From IMG/VR virus record IMGVR_UViG_3300030107_003944, positions 1 through 54,606 of that record: a stretch of DNA of 54,606 bases; one strand, given 5' to 3'. The DNA comes from a virus (taxonomy: Duplodnaviria > Caudoviricetes). Position 1 is the first letter of the stretch. The number at the start of each line of letters is the position of its first letter. The translations under genes and the position numbers were made by a program. Positions 1-8,760 of this stretch are shown piece after piece. The notes beneath the pieces are model-generated. The model was not told the DNA's origin. It searched no databases and saw only the letters and a program-made list of their open reading frames with translations.

Positions 1-53
1 GGAGATAGCGAGGGATTTCCCTCAAACCCCGTCACCCTAAGAGGAAATAGAAG

Positions 54-1130
54 ATGGCAATTAGTCCTGATGTAGTCGCAACCGCACTACAGGATCTTGC
101 TCCTGGGTACTCGGAATTGTTCTCCCTTTGGCACCCCCTCATGGAACGGGTTGTGAAACGGGGAAATGTAGACCGAGCTACTCTGAAAGGTCCATATCGT
201 GAGTTCGTGGTTGTTTCCGGTGGTCCCGGAACGGTCACGCAGGTCCTTACCGGATCTGAAATCGTCGCAGGTGGTCGTACCCAATCGGCCCAACGTGGTA
301 ACTCCTACGCTCCGCGTTTGATTTATGCGTTTGACGTTCCTGGTAAAGATCTCGCTGAAGCAAATGGCGAAAACGATCTTGCCAAGATCATCAAAGCCTA
401 TCCCGAGTTGGCTCTGTCCGACTTCCACGAGCGGATCTCCGATCAGCTTGCTTCGGGTAATGGCACGGGCGTGAATGGTTTTCTCACTCTAAACGGTGAT
501 CAAAACTACAACCCCCAAGGCACCAACCGTACCGGAGCTTTCCAGTATCTGACACAAGCCGCTCAGGTCGCGGGTGCAGCTACTGTCTTCGGTTTGAATA
601 AAGGAACTACCGCTGGTTGGTACAACCAGTACGGTCAGATTGCTTCTTTTGCTACGGACGGTCGTTCAACCATGCGTCAAGTGTATTACGCAGCTTCTCG
701 CCAAGGCTCAAAAGCCAGCGGCCCCGTGGACTTGCTCCTCGGTGATGAGTTGTCTTACTTGAACTACATCGATGATCTCGATGATCAAGTTCGCGTAATG
801 CGCGTCGAGGGCGACAAGGCTCCGAAGGCTGTGCGTCAGGGAATTCCTTTCCTTGAGGCTGACTTCTTCCTTGAGCAGTCCATCGACACCACCCAGTTCA
901 CCAATGGTGGAGCCAACAACGGTGTGGTTTACATGCTCAAGACTGATACTTGGCACATGTACACCCTCGGTCACGACTCCAACATGGAAACCAAAGGTGA
1001 CTTCGCAGTTCGCGGTCCTATCCGTATTCCGGAGCAGGATATGTGGCGTTACGAGTACGTTCTCAACATGGGTATGTACTGTGATCAGCTTCGCGCGAAC
1101 GGTGTTGTTACTGGTGGCGCAATCCCATAA
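54..1130 (+). CDS. Major capsid protein (allele A)
   Basis: 358 aa. Follows the portal and scaffold across the circular junction and precedes a cement protein and hairpin. SD-like GAGGA upstream. CGT-rich Arg codons suggest high expression. Confidence 0.85.
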   Translation: MAISPDVVATALQDLAPGYSELFSLWHPLMERVVKRGNVDRATLKGPYREFVVVSGGPGTVTQVLTGSEIVAGGRTQSAQRGNSYAPRLIYAFDVPGKDLAEANGENDLAKIIKAYPELALSDFHERISDQLASGNGTGVNGFLTLNGDQNYNPQGTNRTGAFQYLTQAAQVAGAATVFGLNKGTTAGWYNQYGQIASFATDGRSTMRQVYYAASRQGSKASGPVDLLLGDELSYLNYIDDLDDQVRVMRVEGDKAPKAVRQGIPFLEADFFLEQSIDTTQFTNGGANNGVVYMLKTDTWHMYTLGHDSNMETKGDFAVRGPIRIPEQDMWRYEYVLNMGMYCDQLRANGVVTGGAIP

Positions 1131-1157
1131 ACCCCTAAAGTCTTAAGGAGACTTATC

Positions 1158-1631
1158 ATGGCTATTACAACTGCGGCTGGTATTTCAGCCACTACAGTTA
1201 CCACTGATCAGCAAGCTCCCCTGGGGTTTGAACTGGTTGTTCCTACGGCAAACCAAGGCGAGCAAGTTTGGATTTACATCTTCAACGATGAAGCTGCACT
1301 CCAACTTACCCAAGGTATGTTGATCATGCGAGACTTGGCGACCGCTACTTATGATGGAATCCGGTCTACCGGAGCCGTCTCCCCTCAACGAATCATTGGT
1401 GTTGCGCAGCACAATATCGCTGCACAGTCCTATGGATTCATTTTGAGGAAAGGCATCGGACAGGTTCTGTGCGACGGCAATGTTACTGCTGATACAGCAG
1501 TGTGCCCGGATGCAAACGCCGGTCAATGTACTGACGTTGCCGCTGTGACTAATGCTGCCATCGGAGTGGCTTTGGCCACAGACGCGGGCGCTGCAACCTT
1601 GGTTGCTGCCCACATCAACTGCACCGGCTAA
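1158..1631 (+). CDS. Capsid cement/decoration protein (DUF2190-like)
   Basis: 157 aa, rich in Ala/Gly/Thr, directly after the capsid gene. C-terminal GIGQVLCDGNV...AIGVALA pattern resembles cement proteins. SD AAGGAG. Confidence 0.65.
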   Translation: MAITTAAGISATTVTTDQQAPLGFELVVPTANQGEQVWIYIFNDEAALQLTQGMLIMRDLATATYDGIRSTGAVSPQRIIGVAQHNIAAQSYGFILRKGIGQVLCDGNVTADTAVCPDANAGQCTDVAAVTNAAIGVALATDAGAATLVAAHINCTG

Positions 1632-1657
1632 TCTCGCTGAACTGTAGTAAACTTAGG

Positions 1658-1683
1658 AAGCACCCCTCTTCGGGGGGGTGCTT
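1658..1683 (+). terminator. Hairpin after capsid and cement genes (cUUCGg tetraloop)
   Basis: AAGCACCCCTC-TTCG-GGGGGGTGCTT, an 11-bp stem with one G:U. There is no strong U-tract, so it may be a partial terminator or mRNA stabiliser. Confidence 0.65.
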
Positions 1684-1702
1684 ACCCTAATAGGAGTGCG
1701 TC

Positions 1703-3277
1703 ATGAATCTTGGAGAGATTAGAGCAGCGATGTTTTCCCAAGCAGATTGGGCACCCAAGAACTCTACTGATGCCAAGAATCGCGCTAATGAGTTCATCAA
1801 CCGGGCTTATCTGCAACTCGCGCAGGAAGCCCCTTTCTTATTTTTTGAAGAGAGAGTCGGGCTCGCTACTCTTCCAGACGACACTCCTGACACGACAGCT
1901 ATCAGAGAACTGAACCCAGCTTCTGCTGCGGACACAATCTCTGTTGGAGGTGCGGGCGCTGATCCCTGGGTTTTGAAGAGGGACCTTCCTACGACAACGG
2001 GTGGGATCACTACTTGGGACACGACCGGACGATGGAATGGTCGAATGATCTTGGTGACCGACCCTCTCGGCATTCAACATCGAAGAATGATTCGAGACAT
2101 CTGGACAGACACGAATGTCCAGTACATCTCTCTTTTCCAGCCCTGGAATAATCTGACCGATACCCTAATGGATTGGAGGATTTATTCTGAGGACTATTAT
2201 CTCCCAGACAATGTGATTGAGGTCAACTCGATTCGGCTATTCCGACAGAATCAGACTTGGCCCTTAGACATCGTTGGGCAGCTTGAAGCCGAGCAACTCT
2301 CTTTAGCAGAATCTCCCCAAGTTGTTGTGGGAGGTGTCCCTCGAACTGCTTTTCGTCGATACCATCGACAAATCGAAAGTCCTACTAAGGCACCCGAGGG
2401 CACCTACGGTGGAGCTAACAGTTGGGTAGGACCAGAGCCTGCGGGTCAGTTTGAATACTGTTTCACTTATTGTTGGGGATACCGAGACGGAGACTTCCGA
2501 AACTTTGGTCCCTCCCAACCCTACTCCGCAGCACAGAGTGTTCCTTCTCGGATGGAGCCTCTATGGGAATCTGCTCCAAGTCCTGTCCTATCGATCACGA
2601 CCTCCAACCGAGTTGAGGATCCTGTCGTATACAATGGCGCTGCAATCAACGTCATCACTCCTGACATTGACTACATGCAGGGCTTTGGTCGAACCGCAGA
2701 TCGTCGTTATCGCCATTCTGGTTGGAGGAAGCGGATCTATCGACGACGGATCACAGTCGATTCGGTGAACTACGGGGCTCTTCCCCAACAGCTTGCGGGT
2801 GCTGTAAATCAAGAGACCCCAGATGCTTTTATTCTGATCGCAGAGATTGATGGGTTCACCACGACTTTTGTGGATAATGGACAAATCCTTCCGGACTACC
2901 ACCGTCGTCTTCGAGAAGTTCATGGATATGAGTCGGTTCGATTCTTCCCCCGTCCTAATGATCGGTTTCAGATCGACATTCGTTGTCTTTTGCGCCCAGA
3001 TGAAATGAAGGATGATCAGGATGTCCCTCAGATTCATATTGACGGAGTAGAAGTCCTACTCTACCGGGCACTTGGCTTTCTCTATGAAGCCCAAGGGAAT
3101 ACGGAACTCGCAGACCGGGCCATTGGAAGGTTTCGAGAAGCCTTATTTACTCTGACGAAACGCTATGGAGACCTCCGTTATCCAGGAGAAGCTCTAATGA
3201 AGAGGCCAGCACGGGCTTCTCGTATTATGGATACCAGACGACCCTGGCGTCGGTGGTACAATCTTCCATCTTCCTAA
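1703..3277 (+). CDS. Head-tail adaptor (tail tubular protein A-like) with large internal insertions
   Basis: N-terminal helix ANEFINRAYLQLAQEAPFLF and C-terminal FFPRP...DVPQI...VLLYRAL...ADRAIGRF resemble podophage adaptors. Position after the capsid genes fits. Confidence 0.65.
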   Translation: MNLGEIRAAMFSQADWAPKNSTDAKNRANEFINRAYLQLAQEAPFLFFEERVGLATLPDDTPDTTAIRELNPASAADTISVGGAGADPWVLKRDLPTTTGGITTWDTTGRWNGRMILVTDPLGIQHRRMIRDIWTDTNVQYISLFQPWNNLTDTLMDWRIYSEDYYLPDNVIEVNSIRLFRQNQTWPLDIVGQLEAEQLSLAESPQVVVGGVPRTAFRRYHRQIESPTKAPEGTYGGANSWVGPEPAGQFEYCFTYCWGYRDGDFRNFGPSQPYSAAQSVPSRMEPLWESAPSPVLSITTSNRVEDPVVYNGAAINVITPDIDYMQGFGRTADRRYRHSGWRKRIYRRRITVDSVNYGALPQQLAGAVNQETPDAFILIAEIDGFTTTFVDNGQILPDYHRRLREVHGYESVRFFPRPNDRFQIDIRCLLRPDEMKDDQDVPQIHIDGVEVLLYRALGFLYEAQGNTELADRAIGRFREALFTLTKRYGDLRYPGEALMKRPARASRIMDTRRPWRRWYNLPSS

Positions 3278-3290
3278 AAGGAGCCCAACA

Positions 3291-3596
3291 ATGCTGGAAA
3301 AACAAGATGATACTGTCCTTAGTCCCGTTCGAATTATTACCGGAGCTGTCTATGAGCGTGCTCGGGGTGCTGAAGTCGAACAAGTTGTCTGTCTTGCTCG
3401 GATTACACAGAATGGAAAGATCCGAGGTCTCTTCCGACGATACGGAATGACCTATGAGCGGTACGACGAGAGCACTGAAGAGATGATGTCGTGGACACTC
3501 GTCTGGGCCCCAGATGGCAGCCATGAGTCCAAGAAGGTGGCGAAGAAAGCCACCAAGAAGTCTCCCCGGACAACCAAGGTCGCTGAAGCGAAGTAG
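3291..3596 (+). CDS. Hypothetical protein with Lys-rich C-terminus
   Basis: 101 aa, SD AAGGAG, in operon. Confidence 0.7.
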   Translation: MLEKQDDTVLSPVRIITGAVYERARGAEVEQVVCLARITQNGKIRGLFRRYGMTYERYDESTEEMMSWTLVWAPDGSHESKKVAKKATKKSPRTTKVAEAK

Positions 3597-3613
3597 TCCT
3601 ATAGGGAGAATCA

Positions 3614-5758
3614 ATGGCAGATACTCGGTTTCGAGTGAAATCAGATGTACTTCCGATTCGAGTAGAATCGGGAAGGCTGATTCTTCCGGAGAATATCGGA
3701 TCCAGAGTAGAGAATATGTTCCTTACAGAGGAAGGAACACTTCGCTCTGTCTGGGGTCCTGCGCCCTTTGTTCCGAACTATGGGAGTGGGAATCCCACCT
3801 ACACTAATCTCAAAGGGATTTACCATGCTCGTGTTGGGCAGGATGGGGAGCAGGACATTCTCCTGATTCAGGACGCGGACAAGGTTCGAATCTTTGAGGG
3901 ATGGGAAGCCGGGAGTGGTACTCCCAATGATGTGTGGGATCCTCCTCTCATCGCCCCTACTGGGGCCGATCTTCTCGCAGAGATCGGATCGGATGACAAG
4001 CCACGGTTCCCGTGCCAGTTTGAATCAACTCCCAATGGGATCGTGATCATTCCTTCTGGCGAGTCTTCTCGTCCCTTTTTCTTTGATGGAGAGGTAGTTC
4101 TTCCTCTTGGATACGATTCTGCTCCGGCTTCCCCCGAACCGATGGGTCCTGAAGTCTCAGGAAGTGTTTTCTATGACCATGACGGAGGAAACCTCCCCCC
4201 ATGGGCAGGAAGAGGACGTGTGGGATCTCTTTCTTTGGATTCTGTCGCTACGAACCAAGAGGGGAGGACGGCAAGATCCGGGTATCGGTATGCTGTTCAA
4301 TGGATTGATCGGTGGGGAAATCTCTCTCCTCTTTCCGGAGAAAGCGCCACAGTAGATATTCCTGGATCGGCTTCCGGAGCCAATCCAGATGACGAGCTAA
4401 AGATTCTTTTCGTCGCTGGAATCGATAAAGGACCAGATGGAACAAGAGGCCGATTTATTTGTAGAACCCGAGATGTCTTCAACGCGGGAACACTCAGGTT
4501 GTTTGAGATCCCTGGATACTCTTCAGGAGGATTCCTCTCTCCTCCCACTCTTCCAGACAACGTTGCAACCGGATTTCCAGACAATGTTCCCGATTCGTGG
4601 CTCCTATCTGAACCCCACCGTCCAGTTCATGTTGTTCCTTTCAAACTTTATACTTTAGCTTTTGGAAGAGGCTGGGCGGCTAACTTCCGAGATGATCCAG
4701 GAAAGATCCATCCATCAATGCCAGGTCGATGGGGCACCTTTCTCGAAGGGGAAGAAATCTACCCGGACCCGAGGGGGGCCGAGATTACGGGAATGTGCCA
4801 AGTACAGGACGGACTGTTAGTTTTCACGGAGAATACTACATTCATCGTCGTGGTGTCTTTCGGAGGAGAAGGGTTTCAGACAAGAACTCTTCATCCAACA
4901 ATCGGATGTGTCGCCCCCTCTTCCATCAAAACACTGCCTGATGGGACAGCCGTTTGGTTGGGGCGCGAAGGATTCTACGCGGCAGTAGGATCTGGAGATT
5001 CTTTAGGAGTTCGAATAGTCTCAGAAGAGATCACTCCGGAGCTAAAAAATATCAATAAGTCCCGGAGACTCCAGTCCACAGCAGCAATGGATGTTCGAGA
5101 AAAGAAATACCGATGCTGGGTTCCGATGGAAGGATCTCTCACAAACAATGTTTGTTGGGAGTTCGACGGAACTGGGTGGACTCGTAGAACTGATGTAGAA
5201 GCAGCAGACGTTTGCGTGACTCAAGATCACCGGGCCTACATGATTGCAGGTGGAAGAGCGACGATTCGAGGAGGCGCTCCTGCTCAGGGAGTGTGGCTTT
5301 TAGACCATCAAGTTCAGTCTTGGCTCCCATTCCCTCGGGCATCTATCGTAGAGACATGTTGGCTGCGATCTGGAGCAGCCGGACAGAGAGGAAGTCCTAC
5401 AACGATCTATCTTTGGTTTCGGGAAATGTCTTCCGGAACAGTGACCATTGAGGTTCAAAGGGATTGGAAATCCAGAGTTGTTGAGTCCGAGACTGCTCCT
5501 CTCTACCCTACTGATGACACACCACCCTTCTGGGGCACTGCAACATATGGTGGAACAGATGCAGATGGAAATCAGATTGTTTGGGAAAAGCGCCGTCCCT
5601 ACTGGACTCGGGTGGACATTTCTATTCCATCCTGCGAAGTCTTTAGACTAAAAATAACCCTCCAGGCAGAAGGCACGAACCCCGGGTTCTGGGAGTTCAT
5701 TGGAATGTCCTTCGATGAGGTTCCACATCCAGATACTTTCAGGGGGTATCCCAAATGA
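3614..5758 (+). CDS. Tail nozzle / stabilisation protein (tubular protein B or P22 gp10-like beta-propeller)
   Basis: 714 aa, beta-rich. Motifs ITGM...LLVFTEN and IGCVAPSSI...AVWLGREGFY. Position after the adaptor. Confidence 0.7.
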   Translation: MADTRFRVKSDVLPIRVESGRLILPENIGSRVENMFLTEEGTLRSVWGPAPFVPNYGSGNPTYTNLKGIYHARVGQDGEQDILLIQDADKVRIFEGWEAGSGTPNDVWDPPLIAPTGADLLAEIGSDDKPRFPCQFESTPNGIVIIPSGESSRPFFFDGEVVLPLGYDSAPASPEPMGPEVSGSVFYDHDGGNLPPWAGRGRVGSLSLDSVATNQEGRTARSGYRYAVQWIDRWGNLSPLSGESATVDIPGSASGANPDDELKILFVAGIDKGPDGTRGRFICRTRDVFNAGTLRLFEIPGYSSGGFLSPPTLPDNVATGFPDNVPDSWLLSEPHRPVHVVPFKLYTLAFGRGWAANFRDDPGKIHPSMPGRWGTFLEGEEIYPDPRGAEITGMCQVQDGLLVFTENTTFIVVVSFGGEGFQTRTLHPTIGCVAPSSIKTLPDGTAVWLGREGFYAAVGSGDSLGVRIVSEEITPELKNINKSRRLQSTAAMDVREKKYRCWVPMEGSLTNNVCWEFDGTGWTRRTDVEAADVCVTQDHRAYMIAGGRATIRGGAPAQGVWLLDHQVQSWLPFPRASIVETCWLRSGAAGQRGSPTTIYLWFREMSSGTVTIEVQRDWKSRVVESETAPLYPTDDTPPFWGTATYGGTDADGNQIVWEKRRPYWTRVDISIPSCEVFRLKITLQAEGTNPGFWEFIGMSFDEVPHPDTFRGYPK

Positions 5759-6495
5759 GTTGGAGATTTCCTAAGTACCCAGTAAAGAACACCCAAACAG
5801 TTGATTTGGAAGACGTGAATGCGAACTTCTTGGAGTACGCAGAAGAGTTGGGAGGACAACTCAATGAACACAACTGGAAAGAAGGAGCGATTGCAGCAAC
5901 CACTTCTTTAGAGAAAGATGCCGCTTTTGCATGGCATCAGGGAGGAGCCTACGACGCTCGACCAAGTCATGTTTGGCCTGGTCCTACAGCTAATTCTCAG
6001 TTGATTACGGCTCGTCCAGTCTGGACAGCTATCTCTAATTGCACTCTTACTTTTACTTCTCCGGATTGTCTCCTTTGGCTTCATGGATCAGCCCAACTAA
6101 ATCAAGGAGCTTTGGACTCCAGTTCAGGAAGACCCTCAAACACCGGATCCATTTGGGGCCCTGCGGGTGCAAGTGGAGGATCAACTCCGACTGGAGGCCC
6201 CTACTTCGTTTCAGTTCAACTCGCGATTCGACTCGATGGGTATGTGATCCCGGAATCTATCATCGGAGGGACGGAGATCGACAACGATGATGCTTCAGGA
6301 GTTCGAATGCCGATGATGCCTCTTGTGACAAGTATCGTCTTCCCCGTAGCCACAGGAAGTCATACGGTCGAGTTGGTTGCTCGCACGGTCGGAAAGGTTT
6401 TGGAGAAAGGCGGAGGCGCTCAATCTCCAGAAACATCTCCTTTAGGATTCTATGTGTCTTCCCGAGAAATGATCTGCTTAGAGATGAGGAGGTAG
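5755..6495 (+). CDS. Tail/virion protein, paralog 1 of 3
   Basis: 246 aa. ATGA overlap with the nozzle gene. Beta-rich C-terminal domain. Confidence 0.6.
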   Translation: MSWRFPKYPVKNTQTVDLEDVNANFLEYAEELGGQLNEHNWKEGAIAATTSLEKDAAFAWHQGGAYDARPSHVWPGPTANSQLITARPVWTAISNCTLTFTSPDCLLWLHGSAQLNQGALDSSSGRPSNTGSIWGPAGASGGSTPTGGPYFVSVQLAIRLDGYVIPESIIGGTEIDNDDASGVRMPMMPLVTSIVFPVATGSHTVELVARTVGKVLEKGGGAQSPETSPLGFYVSSREMICLEMRR

Positions 6496-6496
6496 C

Positions 6497-7222
6497 ATGG
6501 CTGAGATTTCTTTTGATCCTATCGATACTCAAGAGTTGTTCACTACGGGCTCTCTAAACAACCGATTTAGTGCTGGAGCCGGATCTCTTCAAGTCGCAAT
6601 CAATGATCTTGAAGAGAATGCAGTTGCTCCCGGGGCTCTGAACGAGAACCATCTTCCTTCTTTGGCTCTTTTTCGAGGAAGCATAACTCAGAACGCAGGA
6701 ACGTATACTTATGCGGTCTCTGGATACACAGGAGGAACTGGGTACGCAGCGATAGACTCGAACGGGGAGACCGGAGGAGGAACCCCCTTTGAGATCGATC
6801 TCGGAAGTCTGTACAACCTCTCTTCGGGCCAAGCTCAGGGAGTATTTGTGTTGGTGGATGTGGGAATCCACTTCATCAAGCGAGCCGCTGGAAACTATGA
6901 TGATTTAGATGGGGTAACTATTCGCGTTCAAGGCTACAACGGAGCCGCTTGGGAATCAATCAACCGAAGCCAACGATTCCTCTCTGCTCAGATTTATCAG
7001 GGAGCCGCAGAGTCTAATAACCGAAGTCTCTACGCTCGGATTCCTGTTCGGACTCTCATCAAAGCCGCAGACATGACGGGCTCCGGAGGAGGAACAGCAA
7101 GTTCAATAAGCAAAGTTCGCGTCCAGATCGCTGTTAATAGTGGAGACAACTCTACCGATGTCACGGCGGCTCTTCATACAAGAAATATGACCGCTATTGT
7201 TCTACAATCAACAGTGACATAG
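6497..7222 (+). CDS. Tail/virion protein, paralog 2 of 3
   Basis: 241 aa, Gly/Ser/Thr-rich, SD GAGGAGG. Confidence 0.6.
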   Translation: MAEISFDPIDTQELFTTGSLNNRFSAGAGSLQVAINDLEENAVAPGALNENHLPSLALFRGSITQNAGTYTYAVSGYTGGTGYAAIDSNGETGGGTPFEIDLGSLYNLSSGQAQGVFVLVDVGIHFIKRAAGNYDDLDGVTIRVQGYNGAAWESINRSQRFLSAQIYQGAAESNNRSLYARIPVRTLIKAADMTGSGGGTASSISKVRVQIAVNSGDNSTDVTAALHTRNMTAIVLQSTVT

Positions 7223-7230
7223 GAGAGAGA

Positions 7231-7995
7231 ATGGCTGACGTGACCATCCCAACTATTGGAGCCGGAGTTTCGAACGGAACTGTGGTGGAGCAGAACTTCT
7301 ACAACCCAACTGCTACGGGAACTACTTCGGCAGAGATCATCAATGGACACTTAGATGATGCCAATCGGAACCCAGCATGGAAAATCAACCGCTCTCAGAT
7401 CCAACACAGAGCCCTCTCCCTGGGCAAAAGTGAAGGCGGAAGTCTAAGTCTCGATTACTTCGGAGAACTCTTTCCTGGATGGAATGTCGCAGATGACGTT
7501 TCAGGAGCCGCCGCCACACGAGAGAGAATGGACACACTTTATCAAGTGATTCCAGGGGCTTCGGTCTCTTTCTATCTACCCTACGATCCTTCTTTTATCC
7601 TGTTCTCTTGGCAAGTCTTCGTCAGCGCTCAACAGGAAGACACGGTCAATGACACCAGTGGTGGCTTATCAATCCCCCATCCTGCAAATCATGATAACCC
7701 CGTGAAACTCCGGTTCTTTTTGAACGGAGCACGAGTGGCCCAGAGGGATCAGCCTGTTCCTACGAAGGTCTGGGATGCAACGGATACTCGGGGAACGTAT
7801 GACCGAGTGTGGACCGGACACTATATGACTACTTCAATCAACACCTCGGGCTGGTACAGTGCCAGTCTTCGAATTGCGGTAGATCCTGGATACAATGGGT
7901 CTTCTGGAGTCTCGGCTACGAGATTCCCGACTCAAAGCTCAAACACCTTGGGCCGTGTTCGTGTTCGATCAATGAGCTATGTAATCTTTAGATAG
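7231..7995 (+). CDS. Tail/virion protein, paralog 3 of 3
   Basis: 254 aa, SD AGGAG, shares motifs with the 5755 protein. Confidence 0.6.
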   Translation: MADVTIPTIGAGVSNGTVVEQNFYNPTATGTTSAEIINGHLDDANRNPAWKINRSQIQHRALSLGKSEGGSLSLDYFGELFPGWNVADDVSGAAATRERMDTLYQVIPGASVSFYLPYDPSFILFSWQVFVSAQQEDTVNDTSGGLSIPHPANHDNPVKLRFFLNGARVAQRDQPVPTKVWDATDTRGTYDRVWTGHYMTTSINTSGWYSASLRIAVDPGYNGSSGVSATRFPTQSSNTLGRVRVRSMSYVIFR

Positions 7996-8004
7996 GAGTT
8001 TAGG

Positions 8005-8751
8005 ATGGCTACAGACTCAGACTATGGGGCCGGAAAGTGGTTTCGCGACCATGTGATGGGCTCGGGAATTACAGCTAAAGGAGCTTACAATAAGAAGCTC
8101 TTTGAAGATGTCGATAGAATGAACCAGGGCCAACTCGGATTCTCTGATGCAAAGAAGCAACAGATGAAAACGGGAGCGGTAGACGATGCCGTACAGGCGG
8201 CTTCCGCAGTTGGGCAAGACGTTGCTGAAGTTGCAGGAGGAGATCCCCAGGCGACCAAAGCCCTTATGAAGGGGATGAAAGAAGCCGCTGAGGCGGGAAC
8301 TAATGCTCAGGTTGCTGTTGAGATGGCGAGTGCTCAACAGGCAGCATTAGAAGAGGAAAGAACGGTCAAGGCTCTCAACGAAAAGCGCAAAGAGTGGAAT
8401 GCAAATGTCGAAGACTTCCTGAGTGAAGGCCTGGAAGGATTGGGAGAGTCCGTAGTGGATGCGGGGGGGTTCATGGCGAAGATTGCCCCAATGCTCATCA
8501 ATTTCTGTTGGGTTGCGCGAGAAGTTCTTCCTCACCAATGGAGAGACTGTCGAACCTACATTCTTTTTGGGGCTCCAAAATGGTTTCGAACTTGGTATGT
8601 AAAGAATGGAGAGAAGACAGCCGGGTGGATTCGTCGCAATCCCTGGGCAAGAATCGCCCTCAAGCCTCTCTTCAAATACTTTGCTTGGCGAGGTAGAAAG
8701 ATGGCAGAAAGCGACCCTCGTCTTATCGAAGCGCAAGCCCATCTTCTGTAG
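8005..8751 (+). CDS. Putative ejection (internal virion) protein with C-terminal CWVAREV domain
   Basis: Ala/Gln-rich helical N-terminal part. C-terminal CWVAREV...W...APKWF..WY...GE...WI...P domain. First of three genes of rising size after the tail genes. Confidence 0.6.
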   Translation: MATDSDYGAGKWFRDHVMGSGITAKGAYNKKLFEDVDRMNQGQLGFSDAKKQQMKTGAVDDAVQAASAVGQDVAEVAGGDPQATKALMKGMKEAAEAGTNAQVAVEMASAQQAALEEERTVKALNEKRKEWNANVEDFLSEGLEGLGESVVDAGGFMAKIAPMLINFCWVAREVLPHQWRDCRTYILFGAPKWFRTWYVKNGEKTAGWIRRNPWARIALKPLFKYFAWRGRKMAESDPRLIEAQAHLL

Positions 8752-8760
8752 GAGAGTCTC

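Noticed and set aside
1-955. Direct terminal repeat of a linear phage genome
   Set aside because: The two copies diverge after 163 nt and cut through the capsid gene. True terminal repeats are identical, so this fits an assembly overlap better.
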